Source: Candidatus Omnitrophota bacterium (GTDB lineage: Bacteria; Omnitrophota; Gorgyraeia; Tantalellales; Tantalellaceae). Taken from it: a stretch of DNA of 64,000 nt. The stretch is from contig JADGBR010000013.1 in assembly GCA_015231405.1 (NCBI GenBank), positions 7,222-71,221 of the forward strand, given 5' to 3'. The notes under the pieces were generated by a model. The model was not told where the DNA came from, searched no databases, and saw nothing but the letters and a program-made list of their open reading frames with translations. The position numbers and the translations under genes are program-made. Shown here piece after piece: positions 8,801 to 17,536 of this stretch (within the stretch, counting starts at the first letter, position 1; each line of letters begins with the position of its first letter).

Positions 8801-11800
8801 TTAAGCTGAGATAAGCAGGCGCCAGGCGGCGGATATCAGGCCGGGGAGGTCTTCGGATAGGAGGGCCATGGCGGGCAGGGCCAACTGGGACTTCGAGCCT
8901 GTCCGGATGTTATTCAGCCATATTTTCATGATCCCGCAAAGGGTCCACATATCGCGTCCGGGTGTCTTTTCGACCGGGACAGAAAAAGATATTTTATCGT
9001 TGGCTTCATTCCGCAAGCCGTCCCGAAGGTCCTCTGCGGCGCCCGCTTCCAGGGTATCAGTAACGACCAGCAGGTATTCGTTCATTTGCGGATCCATTCC
9101 CGCACAAGCCATCTCGCGCATTACCACCGCCCTGTGAAGTTTGTTGCCCGGGTCAAGCGTTATCCCCTGTCGAGACATGAAAGCCATGACCTCGGCTATT
9201 CTGCCATCGGTGATCGAGAGATCGATCTTTATCCCGTCAAGCCCCAAAGCAAGCCGAAGGCGGTCTTTATCGAGCGCTGTTAAGGGCAGGAGATCGTCCT
9301 CTTGGCCGACGACAAATATCTGCAGGGATATGGGGACCCGAGATCGCGCGAAATATTTTTTGACGGCGCCCAGGGCCAGGGGGATATCCGGCATGGTCTT
9401 AAAAACGGAGACAGGGAGGCATAGACGTAATTTAACCGGGTGTTTTCTTTCCAGATCTTCAGAGAAATCCTGTTTCTGTTCGATTATGGAGCTTTCCAGT
9501 TCCGTTTTACGCGCCGCTTCCGCGAAAGCGTCCGCGGCTTTACCGAAAGCATCGGTCTCGCGGGCATCGACCGTAGCGCGGAATAGCGCCGCTTCGTGAG
9601 TTCCGGACGGAGTAACAATGCCCGGGCCTGGGACTCCCGGTGTTGTGTCCGGGGGTTGTTCCGTTACCGGCCTAAGTGACCGTGTTCCCGCGTGCGGTCT
9701 TCGTGTGCCGGGGATGTCGAATTGTGTCAGGCGGGAACGCCCGGTTCTTTCTCTCTCCATTGGCGGGTTAACGCCAGCGGTTTTTTCGCTTGGAGCCTCT
9801 CCGGATAAGGCGGGTTGAGCGTCGGATATCGCCGGGGCTACTTTTTTAACTGCTTCTTCGGCGAGTTGTTCCAGTGCTTCCATGGAATCCGTGTCTAACA
9901 CCGGTTTACCGTTGACCACATGGATGGCGTACCCTTTTTCCTCGGTAAGCTGTTTTTCGAGCAATTCGTCAAGAGATGTGAACCTGGAGCGGGCGATCTC
10001 GGACAGTAAGTGGTCGACTGCAGCGGCGGATCCGCCCGGCAAAGCCGATAATATACCCTTTAGCTCGCCGGCTATTGTTCCCAGATCTTCGAAAAGTATC
10101 CCGTCCTCGCGTAGAGGATAGAGCCAGCCTTTTTCCCGCATGACGCCGTAAACCTGGCTTGGATCGAGACCGGTTCGGGCGAAAATATCCTTCGGTATGA
10201 CTTTCAGCCTCTCGGAAGACGACACAAGGGTTATGAGCTCGACGTCCCTGGTCTGGCCTATTCCTATCAGGCGGTCGGCGTCGTCAAAATTCATCCAGGG
10301 TCTCGATAGTCTTACCATTGTGGATATATGGAAATCAGCGCCCGGAGCCTGGAATAGGTTCAGCGACTGGCCGAGGAGCCATGTTGTCCCGATAAGGATC
10401 TTCGGAGACATGTCCTTGCGGAAGGCGTCTATGCCCGAGAGGCGGTCCCCTAGCGAAACAGCTTGATTGAGCCCGATAGCCGCGCTGGAACCTGATCTGT
10501 CCAGGTATTTACGATTGTACCTCTCGACGAGTATCTCTATTTCCTCGACGAAATCAACAAGCACAACGACCTTGCCGTTATCTGCGAGACGGTCCTCGAT
10601 TATTTTGTCGAGTTCAAGCACTTTCGGGCAGATTTCCTCCTCGTCCGGGGACCCGTCGGCTTTTTTCGGCAATTTCCCTTCGGGGAGGATAAGCCTTAAG
10701 TCGACGTTCGCTCGGCGCTCGAGGTCGAAACGCCTGAAAATATGAGCGGCAATTTCGGCCTTGTCTTCCCGGGCTTCGCTAGCTTTCCAGGCCGGGAAAT
10801 CGCTGCGCTGCATGGCGATAGTCCTTTCCTGGGCTCTTGACATTGATACGAAACGGGTCTCGGAGATAACGTCGGTAAGCTCCGGGAGTACCTGTTTTCG
10901 TGTCCAGCGGACCATGACGGGCTCGATCGCGAGGAAAAGACGGTCGTTATCCATGCGCTCGAGATATTCGCGCCTGACGTTGTCCGGTGGGACTGTTTCC
11001 CGGGAAGGCGACGGCCCGGCGGTTGGGTGCTCCCGGGGATCATAATCTTTCCGCATCCATAAGAGCGGCTCTATTACATCCGTAGGCCTTTTTACGACCG
11101 GACGCGCGCTGACGCCGATCCGGTATTTTGACGGGATGCCGACAATAACGGGCGCGCGGACAGTCTTATCGCCTTTACGAAGATTTTCCACTTCGTCTAT
11201 TATGTGAGCGTCCGGGGCGAATCGTTTGATGCCGTCTTCTGCGGCGACGATGGCTTCGTAATTGGCGATGAGGATGACCTTCTGGCCGGAAGCGGCAAGG
11301 TTCGCGGCGCGGGACGCCTGCTCGGCGATATTCCCCAGGGAGCTGTCTATAACGTATATTTGATATCCGAGAGCAGGGTCCAGCCTGTCCGCCAGCTCGT
11401 TCGCCCATTCGTATTTGGCCTGGTTCGGCACGGTGACCAGAAGACGGCTGACGTCGTAGGCGCCGTCTTCGGATCTTACATTGAGGGCGGAGAGAGCCGC
11501 GGTTATGGTCTTTCCGGTACGGGCGTCGCTCGCGAACCAGGCGCATCGTTCTTTGGGATCTTCCAGTGTATTTACCGCCTGGGCGACGCTGTAGCGTTGG
11601 TAGGGCATTAGCGGTGCGACTTTGCCGTTATAGCCGCGCGGAACAAAGCCGTGCCATAGCTCGAATTCTTTAAGGATCTCATCCAGTATCTTTTTGGTGA
11701 GCGAGTTCCTGCCGGCAGAGACGGACTCGCGGCTTAACGGCGATAAAGCAGTATTTGCGGAACTGGTCCCGGCTTTCAGCAGAGCGCCGTAGAAGAGGCC

Positions 11801-14671
11801 CCGCCAAAACCGTTTAAGCGCTTTTTCCTTCCGGAGGGCGCTGGAGAGGCCCAGCTCTTCCACTATCCCGGCAAGCATTTTTGATAGGCTGCCGGAAAAT
11901 TCGTCGGACGATATCACCGGGCTTGTAATTTTAGCCTGGTCGGCGATTTCGCGGTAACTGACGGTGAGGATATCGTTAATAGCCTTCTTAGTGAAACGGT
12001 CCCCGAAAAAATAGATGAGCATTTCTCCGAGGGTGCCCTTATCGCACGCGGTCATTTTAATGAAGTCGATGAGGCCGACGCGGCGCATGATCCTGCCAAG
12101 TTCGCCTTCCGCGGCGACGGCCCTGAGGCGGTCTTTTATGACGTTGTCCGGAGCGAGGCTCGAGAAGACCCCGAGAGTGAACCACATCCTCAGTTTTGAA
12201 AGCAGCTTTTTCCGCGCGGTCGATACCGTTTTTAACCGCTCTTCCCAGAGCACGCGGACCGGTTTGTCGGCGTCCGGACCGGGGGCGGACGACTCGTAAT
12301 AAGAGCCGGTGATACCAGCTACATCTTTACCGTTAAGCACATCGGAGAGGATAGCCCTTTGCATGGGATCCTTGAGCCTTATCGCCAGCCATGAATCCAG
12401 CTTAAGGTCTATGACCCGTTCGGGCCTCGGATGGGAACGCCCCGGCCTGTAAGGTTCCGGCAAAAGATCGCTCGTGGATCTGCCCGTGGTAGCAGGGGAT
12501 AATTCCTCTGCGAGGCTGTCCTTATCGGGAAACCCCGCCGTCCTCCGTATTCTTTGCTTAAGTTCCGGGGCTCCGTTCGGTATCGCTTTAAAAAACTCAA
12601 CTGCCTTTATAAGAGCGGTTCGCTCAAGCTTCAGGACATCATCTTCGGGGATCATTAGTAGAGAGCTTATCTCGCCGGACGTCATGAAAGACATATAACT
12701 TCCGGTCTCGATAGGGCCGTATCTAAGGAAAAGTACGCGGGCTTCGGCCGCGGTGAGTTCACGGCATAGACGAGTGAGTTCAAGAGATGTTGCTCTGCTC
12801 GTTACAACGTTTGACGGTATGGGCGCCGAGTCGAGTTCCTGAAGGTCCGCAAAGAGTTCCGCTAAAGCGGCCTCGTTGTGGGGCTTTCTGAGTGCCGCTT
12901 CGGCCTTGAGCTTTATCTGGCTGACACGGGTGGCGGATACGTCTTTGGCAAACTTTTTGCCGATGGTGTCCTGGGGCAACACCTCGAAAGCATCCAGCCC
13001 ATAAGAATGCCGTATCGTTACCCGCTGCTGATAGGTCAATGTTTTGAGGAGCGAGGAGATGCGGGCCGATGTCTTTTCCAGGAGCTTGTCGCGTTCCAGG
13101 GATGCTTGTATGTTATGACCCGAAAGGGAAGCGAGATCCGGGTCGTTCGCGAAGGCATCTTCCAAAGATCCGGCCGAGCGATCAAGGATAATATTTACGA
13201 CAGCCAAAATCTCGGGCGTGGTTTTTAGGAGAGTTTCCCGAATGGCTTCTTCGGGGATTTTGTCGCTTTCGGATAGTTTCAGAGCGATAGGGCCTTCGTA
13301 ATAATCGCCGGGTTCCCTTGTGAGCCTGAGGATCGATGCGAGGATCGTCCCCCAGAGCCTCCCCGAGATATCGCGGGAGCCATCGTCGGCTAAATGATGC
13401 GGGAAGCTTGCCCATTTGGAGGCGATAAGCTTTTCTATGAGTCCGCTCCAAATTTTTCCGTTGTAATACTGGCCGAATGACTTAGGGTTTGGGTCTTTCG
13501 GGTCCGTAATCATCGCATCAAGAGTCCGATATCCTTCAAGGATAGCCTCATCGCGGAAATCGTCTATCGAGTGGTCGGTGTATTTTATCCCGACAAAGGT
13601 ATTGAAAAAATACCGGACCGCGTAGTATGCATCCTCTCCGATCCGAGTGAACGCGGGGGCCGATCTTTCCCCGAGGACCTTAATGGCCTTTTTCCTTATG
13701 ATGACGTGGGAGGAGCGGACAAGCTTAAGGAGGGCCTGATGGCTGAGCCTGCTAAAGTCCTTTTCAAGGAGGCGTTCGCTCTTTCCGGCTTCGACCAGGC
13801 GCGGCGAGTGTTTGATAAGCCGCCGCTGAATGGCATCCACGGTTTTTCTGCGCGCGATGTCCTCGAAGAAAGACCTGCCGAAATAACTGTTAGAACTTTT
13901 GGAGGAGTGCGGCCGGGTTATCATGTAAGTGACGGAGAGGAACCTTTGCTCGGCCGGGCGCAAATTCCGCGCTGAGACGTATTTCCGGTCGACCAGATAT
14001 TTAAGGGTGAACGCCGTCGCGGCTATTTTTCTTACCAGGAGTTTTTCTGCTTCACCGCCGGCTTTAAGCCCGAAAAATTTATCTTGCGGAGCCATGTCCT
14101 CTCCGGGGAATTTGATATTCCCGGCGAGGCCCGATCTTATCTTTTCGTCTTCCGTAAGGTCCGCGAGGAGAGTCGAGGCCGCGCCGCTATTATTATAGGC
14201 GCCACGCGCTATCAAGAGGTCCTTGTATGCCCGGAGCATCCAGGGGATCAGGATACGTTTACTGAGCCTGACGTAATTAGTCCCGTTCTTTTCTTCCATC
14301 CCAATGAGAAGCGTTACAAAATCCGCATAGGTTACTTCACTGACAAGGCCTAAAGGATCGAGGTCGAGATCGGGCACGGTTATGTATTCCGGGGTGTCTT
14401 TACCGGGAACGATAAAGACCTTGACGCCGTTCTTTACCATAAATTCATGATATAAGCCCAGAGGGTTGGCATAGCTGACATGTTTTCTGAGCATGGAATA
14501 GCGAAGGTCCAGATCACGCCCCGGATCATCGATACCCGACCAGACTGCCAAAGTAGCATTATTCGCAGTTTGAGCCAGCCCGGGACCTCCGGAAAACCCA
14601 TCCAAAATATAAACCGCGGCAATGATCGTAGGAAGGAGCCTTCTAAATAACATCGTGGTCTGAAAAAACAT
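8801..14671 (-). CDS. Large multidomain protein: export-type N-terminus, degenerate sigma-70 r2/r3/r4, extra r4-like HTHs, degenerate SNF2 ATPase, conserved C-terminal tail
   Basis: ORF open to 14806, likely start ATG 14671 or 14653; r4-like LTYQQRVTIRHSYGL...VSATRVSQIKLKAEAALRKP; SNF2 motifs LMPYQ, SDARTGKT, VTVPN...W..EL, IIDEVE, LGQSLNL, DRLIGIGQTRDV. Confidence 0.8.
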   Translation of the reverse strand: MFFQTTMLFRRLLPTIIAAVYILDGFSGGPGLAQTANNATLAVWSGIDDPGRDLDLRYSMLRKHVSYANPLGLYHEFMVKNGVKVFIVPGKDTPEYITVPDLDLDPLGLVSEVTYADFVTLLIGMEEKNGTNYVRLSKRILIPWMLRAYKDLLIARGAYNNSGAASTLLADLTEDEKIRSGLAGNIKFPGEDMAPQDKFFGLKAGGEAEKLLVRKIAATAFTLKYLVDRKYVSARNLRPAEQRFLSVTYMITRPHSSKSSNSYFGRSFFEDIARRKTVDAIQRRLIKHSPRLVEAGKSERLLEKDFSRLSHQALLKLVRSSHVIIRKKAIKVLGERSAPAFTRIGEDAYYAVRYFFNTFVGIKYTDHSIDDFRDEAILEGYRTLDAMITDPKDPNPKSFGQYYNGKIWSGLIEKLIASKWASFPHHLADDGSRDISGRLWGTILASILRLTREPGDYYEGPIALKLSESDKIPEEAIRETLLKTTPEILAVVNIILDRSAGSLEDAFANDPDLASLSGHNIQASLERDKLLEKTSARISSLLKTLTYQQRVTIRHSYGLDAFEVLPQDTIGKKFAKDVSATRVSQIKLKAEAALRKPHNEAALAELFADLQELDSAPIPSNVVTSRATSLELTRLCRELTAAEARVLFLRYGPIETGSYMSFMTSGEISSLLMIPEDDVLKLERTALIKAVEFFKAIPNGAPELKQRIRRTAGFPDKDSLAEELSPATTGRSTSDLLPEPYRPGRSHPRPERVIDLKLDSWLAIRLKDPMQRAILSDVLNGKDVAGITGSYYESSAPGPDADKPVRVLWEERLKTVSTARKKLLSKLRMWFTLGVFSSLAPDNVIKDRLRAVAAEGELGRIMRRVGLIDFIKMTACDKGTLGEMLIYFFGDRFTKKAINDILTVSYREIADQAKITSPVISSDEFSGSLSKMLAGIVEELGLSSALRKEKALKRFWRGLFYGALLKAGTSSANTALSPLSRESVSAGRNSLTKKILDEILKEFELWHGFVPRGYNGKVAPLMPYQRYSVAQAVNTLEDPKERCAWFASDARTGKTITAALSALNVRSEDGAYDVSRLLVTVPNQAKYEWANELADRLDPALGYQIYVIDSSLGNIAEQASRAANLAASGQKVILIANYEAIVAAEDGIKRFAPDAHIIDEVENLRKGDKTVRAPVIVGIPSKYRIGVSARPVVKRPTDVIEPLLWMRKDYDPREHPTAGPSPSRETVPPDNVRREYLERMDNDRLFLAIEPVMVRWTRKQVLPELTDVISETRFVSMSRAQERTIAMQRSDFPAWKASEAREDKAEIAAHIFRRFDLERRANVDLRLILPEGKLPKKADGSPDEEEICPKVLELDKIIEDRLADNGKVVVLVDFVEEIEILVERYNRKYLDRSGSSAAIGLNQAVSLGDRLSGIDAFRKDMSPKILIGTTWLLGQSLNLFQAPGADFHISTMVRLSRPWMNFDDADRLIGIGQTRDVELITLVSSSERLKVIPKDIFARTGLDPSQVYGVMREKGWLYPLREDGILFEDLGTIAGELKGILSALPGGSAAAVDHLLSEIARSRFTSLDELLEKQLTEEKGYAIHVVNGKPVLDTDSMEALEQLAEEAVKKVAPAISDAQPALSGEAPSEKTAGVNPPMERERTGRSRLTQFDIPGTRRPHAGTRSLRPVTEQPPDTTPGVPGPGIVTPSGTHEAALFRATVDARETDAFGKAADAFAEAARKTELESSIIEQKQDFSEDLERKHPVKLRLCLPVSVFKTMPDIPLALGAVKKYFARSRVPISLQIFVVGQEDDLLPLTALDKDRLRLALGLDGIKIDLSITDGRIAEVMAFMSRQGITLDPGNKLHRAVVMREMACAGMDPQMNEYLLVVTDTLEAGAAEDLRDGLRNEANDKISFSVPVEKTPGRDMWTLCGIMKIWLNNIRTGSKSQLALPAMALLSEDLPGLISAAWRLLISA

Positions 14672-14937
14672 AAGCGGTATTGTATCAGAAAGCAGGGATA
14701 AACCAAACTTTATTACGCTTAACGTATTGACTACGCCGAGAATCAGCAGTAGCCTGCGACAGCGCAGAGAGTACGGCAGAATGATCGCGGGGAAAATATT
14801 TATCAATTCACTGATTTTTTATGTTGAAGAGTGTCCCTTTTGGGACTGTCCCCTTGGCACCTTCAAGAAACGGTAACAGGTTGCGGCATCGGCGCAAGGC
14901 GTACGGTAAATGAGTATGGCAGTATTCCTGTATTAAG

Positions 14938-14966
14938 TTGACAAACCAGCCGAGTGCATGCATACT
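14938..14966 (+). promoter_or_regulatory. Sigma-70 promoter for the 15012 operon
   Basis: TTGACA-N17-CATACT; AAGGAGG RBS follows before ATG 15012. Confidence 0.7.
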
Positions 14967-15011
14967 TTGAGAGTGAAACTGGAGGGTAAATACTAACTTT
15001 AAGGAGGAGAA

Positions 15012-15245
15012 ATGCCTTACAATGCGGAACTTGATGAAAACATGTTCTCAAAAAGCTGGGAATCGGAAACCGACAGACTGACTGTCAGTATCTACTCATA
15101 CAATCACGGCCAGAAAAAACTTCAGATATCCCGGGAAAGCAAATCCCCTCAGGGCGACCTCAAATTCGCCAAGCTCGGAAGGATGACGAAGGATGAGATA
15201 ACAGCGATCATTCCACTCATACAGGAAGCGATCGGTAATATGTGA
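15012..15245 (+). CDS. Small conserved-looking protein, possibly PC4-like nucleic-acid binding
   Basis: Strong RBS and promoter; beta-rich LTVSIYSYNHGQKKLQISRE...KLGRMT followed by a helix. Confidence 0.7.
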   Translation: MPYNAELDENMFSKSWESETDRLTVSIYSYNHGQKKLQISRESKSPQGDLKFAKLGRMTKDEITAIIPLIQEAIGNM

Positions 15246-15259
15246 GACGCGCTGACAAA

Positions 15260-15988
15260 ATGAGTTCCGTCGCGGACGAAGTCAGGGGAGAATTAAGACT
15301 CCACGCCAGCGAGGAAAAAGCGACGTTGCTCGGAAGGTTCTTCAAAACTGGTCCGGGCGATTACGGTGAGGGGGACGTTTTCATAGGCGTTAAAGTCCCC
15401 GAAACAAGGCGGATAGCCAAGAGATATTTTAAGGCGATCAGGCAGGGCGGGGTCCGGGCGCTCCTCGCCTCGCGCATCCACGAAGAGAGGCTTGCGGCCC
15501 TTATCATGATGGTCCTGCAATTCGAGAAGGGAAGCCCCGAGGGAAAAGAGGATATATACCGTCTATACCTGGCAAGTACCCGCCGCATAAACAATTGGGA
15601 CCTGGTCGACATTTCAGCGGGACAGATCGTCGGGGGATATCTGTTCGACAGGGATCGGGAGATCCTTTATAGATTGGCCTCCTCGGATAATTTATGGGAG
15701 CGCAGAATAGCGGTCATCGCCACTTTTTACTTTATCAGGAAGGGTCAGTACGGCGATACGCTTGGGATATCCGAAAAGCTTCTCGGCGACAGAGAGGACC
15801 TGATACACAAAGCCACCGGGTGGATGCTTCGCGAAACCGGCAAAAGGGATAAGGGAACCCTCGTAAAGTTCATCAAAAAAAACTATAAACAAATGCCGCG
15901 AACAATGCTAAGATATGCGATAGAACTGTTCCCGGAGAAAGAACGACAGATGTATCTTCGCGGGAGATTTGGACCTAAAGGATCATAA
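15260..15988 (+). CDS. alkD: DNA alkylation repair glycosylase, AlkD family
   Basis: FFKTGPGDYGEGDVFIGV, INNWDLVD, LWERRIA, DLIHKATGWMLRE.GKRD, MPRTMLRYAIE. Confidence 0.9.
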   Translation: MSSVADEVRGELRLHASEEKATLLGRFFKTGPGDYGEGDVFIGVKVPETRRIAKRYFKAIRQGGVRALLASRIHEERLAALIMMVLQFEKGSPEGKEDIYRLYLASTRRINNWDLVDISAGQIVGGYLFDRDREILYRLASSDNLWERRIAVIATFYFIRKGQYGDTLGISEKLLGDREDLIHKATGWMLRETGKRDKGTLVKFIKKNYKQMPRTMLRYAIELFPEKERQMYLRGRFGPKGS

Positions 15989-16004
15989 ACCCAGGAGAAG
16001 AATC

Positions 16005-16388
16005 GTGAAAAAGCTCATATTTTGTTTTTTTCTTTGTTTTGCGGGGTTCGTCCCGAACGCGATGCCGGAGATGCTTAGCCAGGGAATGAGCCAGGCTGCC
16101 GTCAATGAGATGAGGACCAAGGCTACTGACAATCTGACCCTGGCCAGGGAGTTCACCGGCCGCGGACAGGAGTTATTAAAGACAGGATTGACCAGGGACA
16201 ACCTCAAGATAGCGGGGTATCTCTATATGGAAGCCGGTAAGTTGTACGAACAGTCGAACTTCATATACCAGAAAGTACTCGATAAGGGCTCAGCGCAGAT
16301 GTGCGAGAGCTCCCTGAAGACATGCATAGACGTCGTAAGGCAGTGCAAGCAGAAAGAGATGGAGCTGACGCAGAAAAAACGGCAATGA
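16005..16388 (+). CDS. Hypothetical exported helical protein
   Basis: AGGAG RBS then GTG 16005; signal peptide-like KKLIFCFFLCFAGF. Confidence 0.7.
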   Translation: MKKLIFCFFLCFAGFVPNAMPEMLSQGMSQAAVNEMRTKATDNLTLAREFTGRGQELLKTGLTRDNLKIAGYLYMEAGKLYEQSNFIYQKVLDKGSAQMCESSLKTCIDVVRQCKQKEMELTQKKRQ

Positions 16389-16481
16389 ACGGGGCAGTGA
16401 CAGACCGAATACTCCCATGGCAAATGCCCTGATCTTATTCGTAGCCGGCCTCGCGGCGGGGAAAGAAAGCGAAGGTGAAAG

Positions 16482-17486
16482 ATGAAGCTGGATGTCGGCA
16501 GGGATATCGACAAAGAGATAAAGGAATTCCTCGGGGAGATCAGGGAAAACCCTTACCGCGTCTTCAATGTAGCTTTTTTTCTCATAGGGATCGTTCCTTT
16601 TTCGGTGCTGGTCTTTTTTTTCGCGCGAAACGTGCTCGCCACAGGCGATCTTCCCAAAGGAACGGCTCTTGCCGTCGGCCTTGCCATGATCCTGATGCTC
16701 GCGGGCTATCACACGGGCTATTCGATGCTCCGGAGGATGCTCGCCAAGATAATAGCTTATGGCCTCGTGACTACGAGGAGAGAGAAACAGAAGGCACTGG
16801 CTATACTCGCGGCCTCCCACGAGCTGGGCAACCCGCTTACCAGCATACGGCTCAGCCTCGCGAACATCCTTGACGGTCTTGTCGGCAAGGTGTCCGAGGA
16901 GCAGAAGAATGTCATTTCCATGTGCCACAACGCCGCGGAGAGGATGACGCGGATAACAAAGGTTCTTCTGGATATCATCAAGATAGAGGCCGGGATCATG
17001 GCCCCCGATAGGGGGGCGATAGATATCGCCGGCATAATGAGACAGCAGGCGGTGGAATTCGCAGGCCTTATTGACGGGAAGAAGATCGTTTTTTCGGCGA
17101 ATATACCCGCGGAAGCGTGTACTCTCTGGGCCGACCGCGATATGATAACGCAGGTCGTAAATAACCTTTTCAGCAACGCCGTGAAGTTCACGCCTGAGCG
17201 CGGTCGAATAGACGTGTCCCTGACCCGGAACGAAAAAATGGCCAGGATAGAGGTTGCCGATACCGGTCCGGGCATAGCGCCCGATAAAATGGAGAACATC
17301 TTCGACAAATTCGTTCGGCTGGATAAAACAATACCGGGGAGCGGGCTCGGGCTCGCCATCACCAAGGATATCATAGATCTTCATAAAGGCAAGATAGTCG
17401 TCGTGAGCGAGCCGGGGAAGGGCAGCAGGTTCATTGTTTGTCTGCCGGTGGATATTCGGGATGCAGGCAAGGCGCATGGAGCATAG
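16482..17486 (+). CDS. Membrane sensor histidine kinase
   Basis: Two TM segments; H-box SHELGNPLTSI; N-box NLFSNAVKFT; G1 DTGPGI; G2 GSGLGLAI. Confidence 0.93.
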   Translation: MKLDVGRDIDKEIKEFLGEIRENPYRVFNVAFFLIGIVPFSVLVFFFARNVLATGDLPKGTALAVGLAMILMLAGYHTGYSMLRRMLAKIIAYGLVTTRREKQKALAILAASHELGNPLTSIRLSLANILDGLVGKVSEEQKNVISMCHNAAERMTRITKVLLDIIKIEAGIMAPDRGAIDIAGIMRQQAVEFAGLIDGKKIVFSANIPAEACTLWADRDMITQVVNNLFSNAVKFTPERGRIDVSLTRNEKMARIEVADTGPGIAPDKMENIFDKFVRLDKTIPGSGLGLAITKDIIDLHKGKIVVVSEPGKGSRFIVCLPVDIRDAGKAHGA

Positions 17487-17494
17487 AGCACGGA
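17467..17494. repeat. Four degenerate 7-bp tandem repeats (GCAYGGA-type)
   Basis: gcaaggc gcatgga gcataga gcacgga, overlapping the kinase stop codon. Confidence 0.6.
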
Positions 17495-17536
17495 AATAAA
17501 AATTTTATCAGGGATACAGGTCTGCTCCTTGCCAGG

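Noticed and set aside
7843-8905. Diversity-generating retroelement TR/VR pair (105-bp repeat at a gene 3' end)
   Set aside because: Of 24 mismatches only about 8 are at adenines of the putative template, many are synonymous, and there is no reverse transcriptase in the window
14672-14806. First 45 codons of the 2001-aa ORF as coding
   Set aside because: TTG start without an RBS in AT-rich promoter-like DNA; the signal-like sequence begins at the downstream ATGs
14831-14858. gtgtcccttttgggactgtccc palindromic motif as a REP element
   Set aside because: Short, single occurrence in the window; insufficient support
16290-17477. 395-aa minus-strand ORF
   Set aside because: Antisense shadow of the histidine kinase
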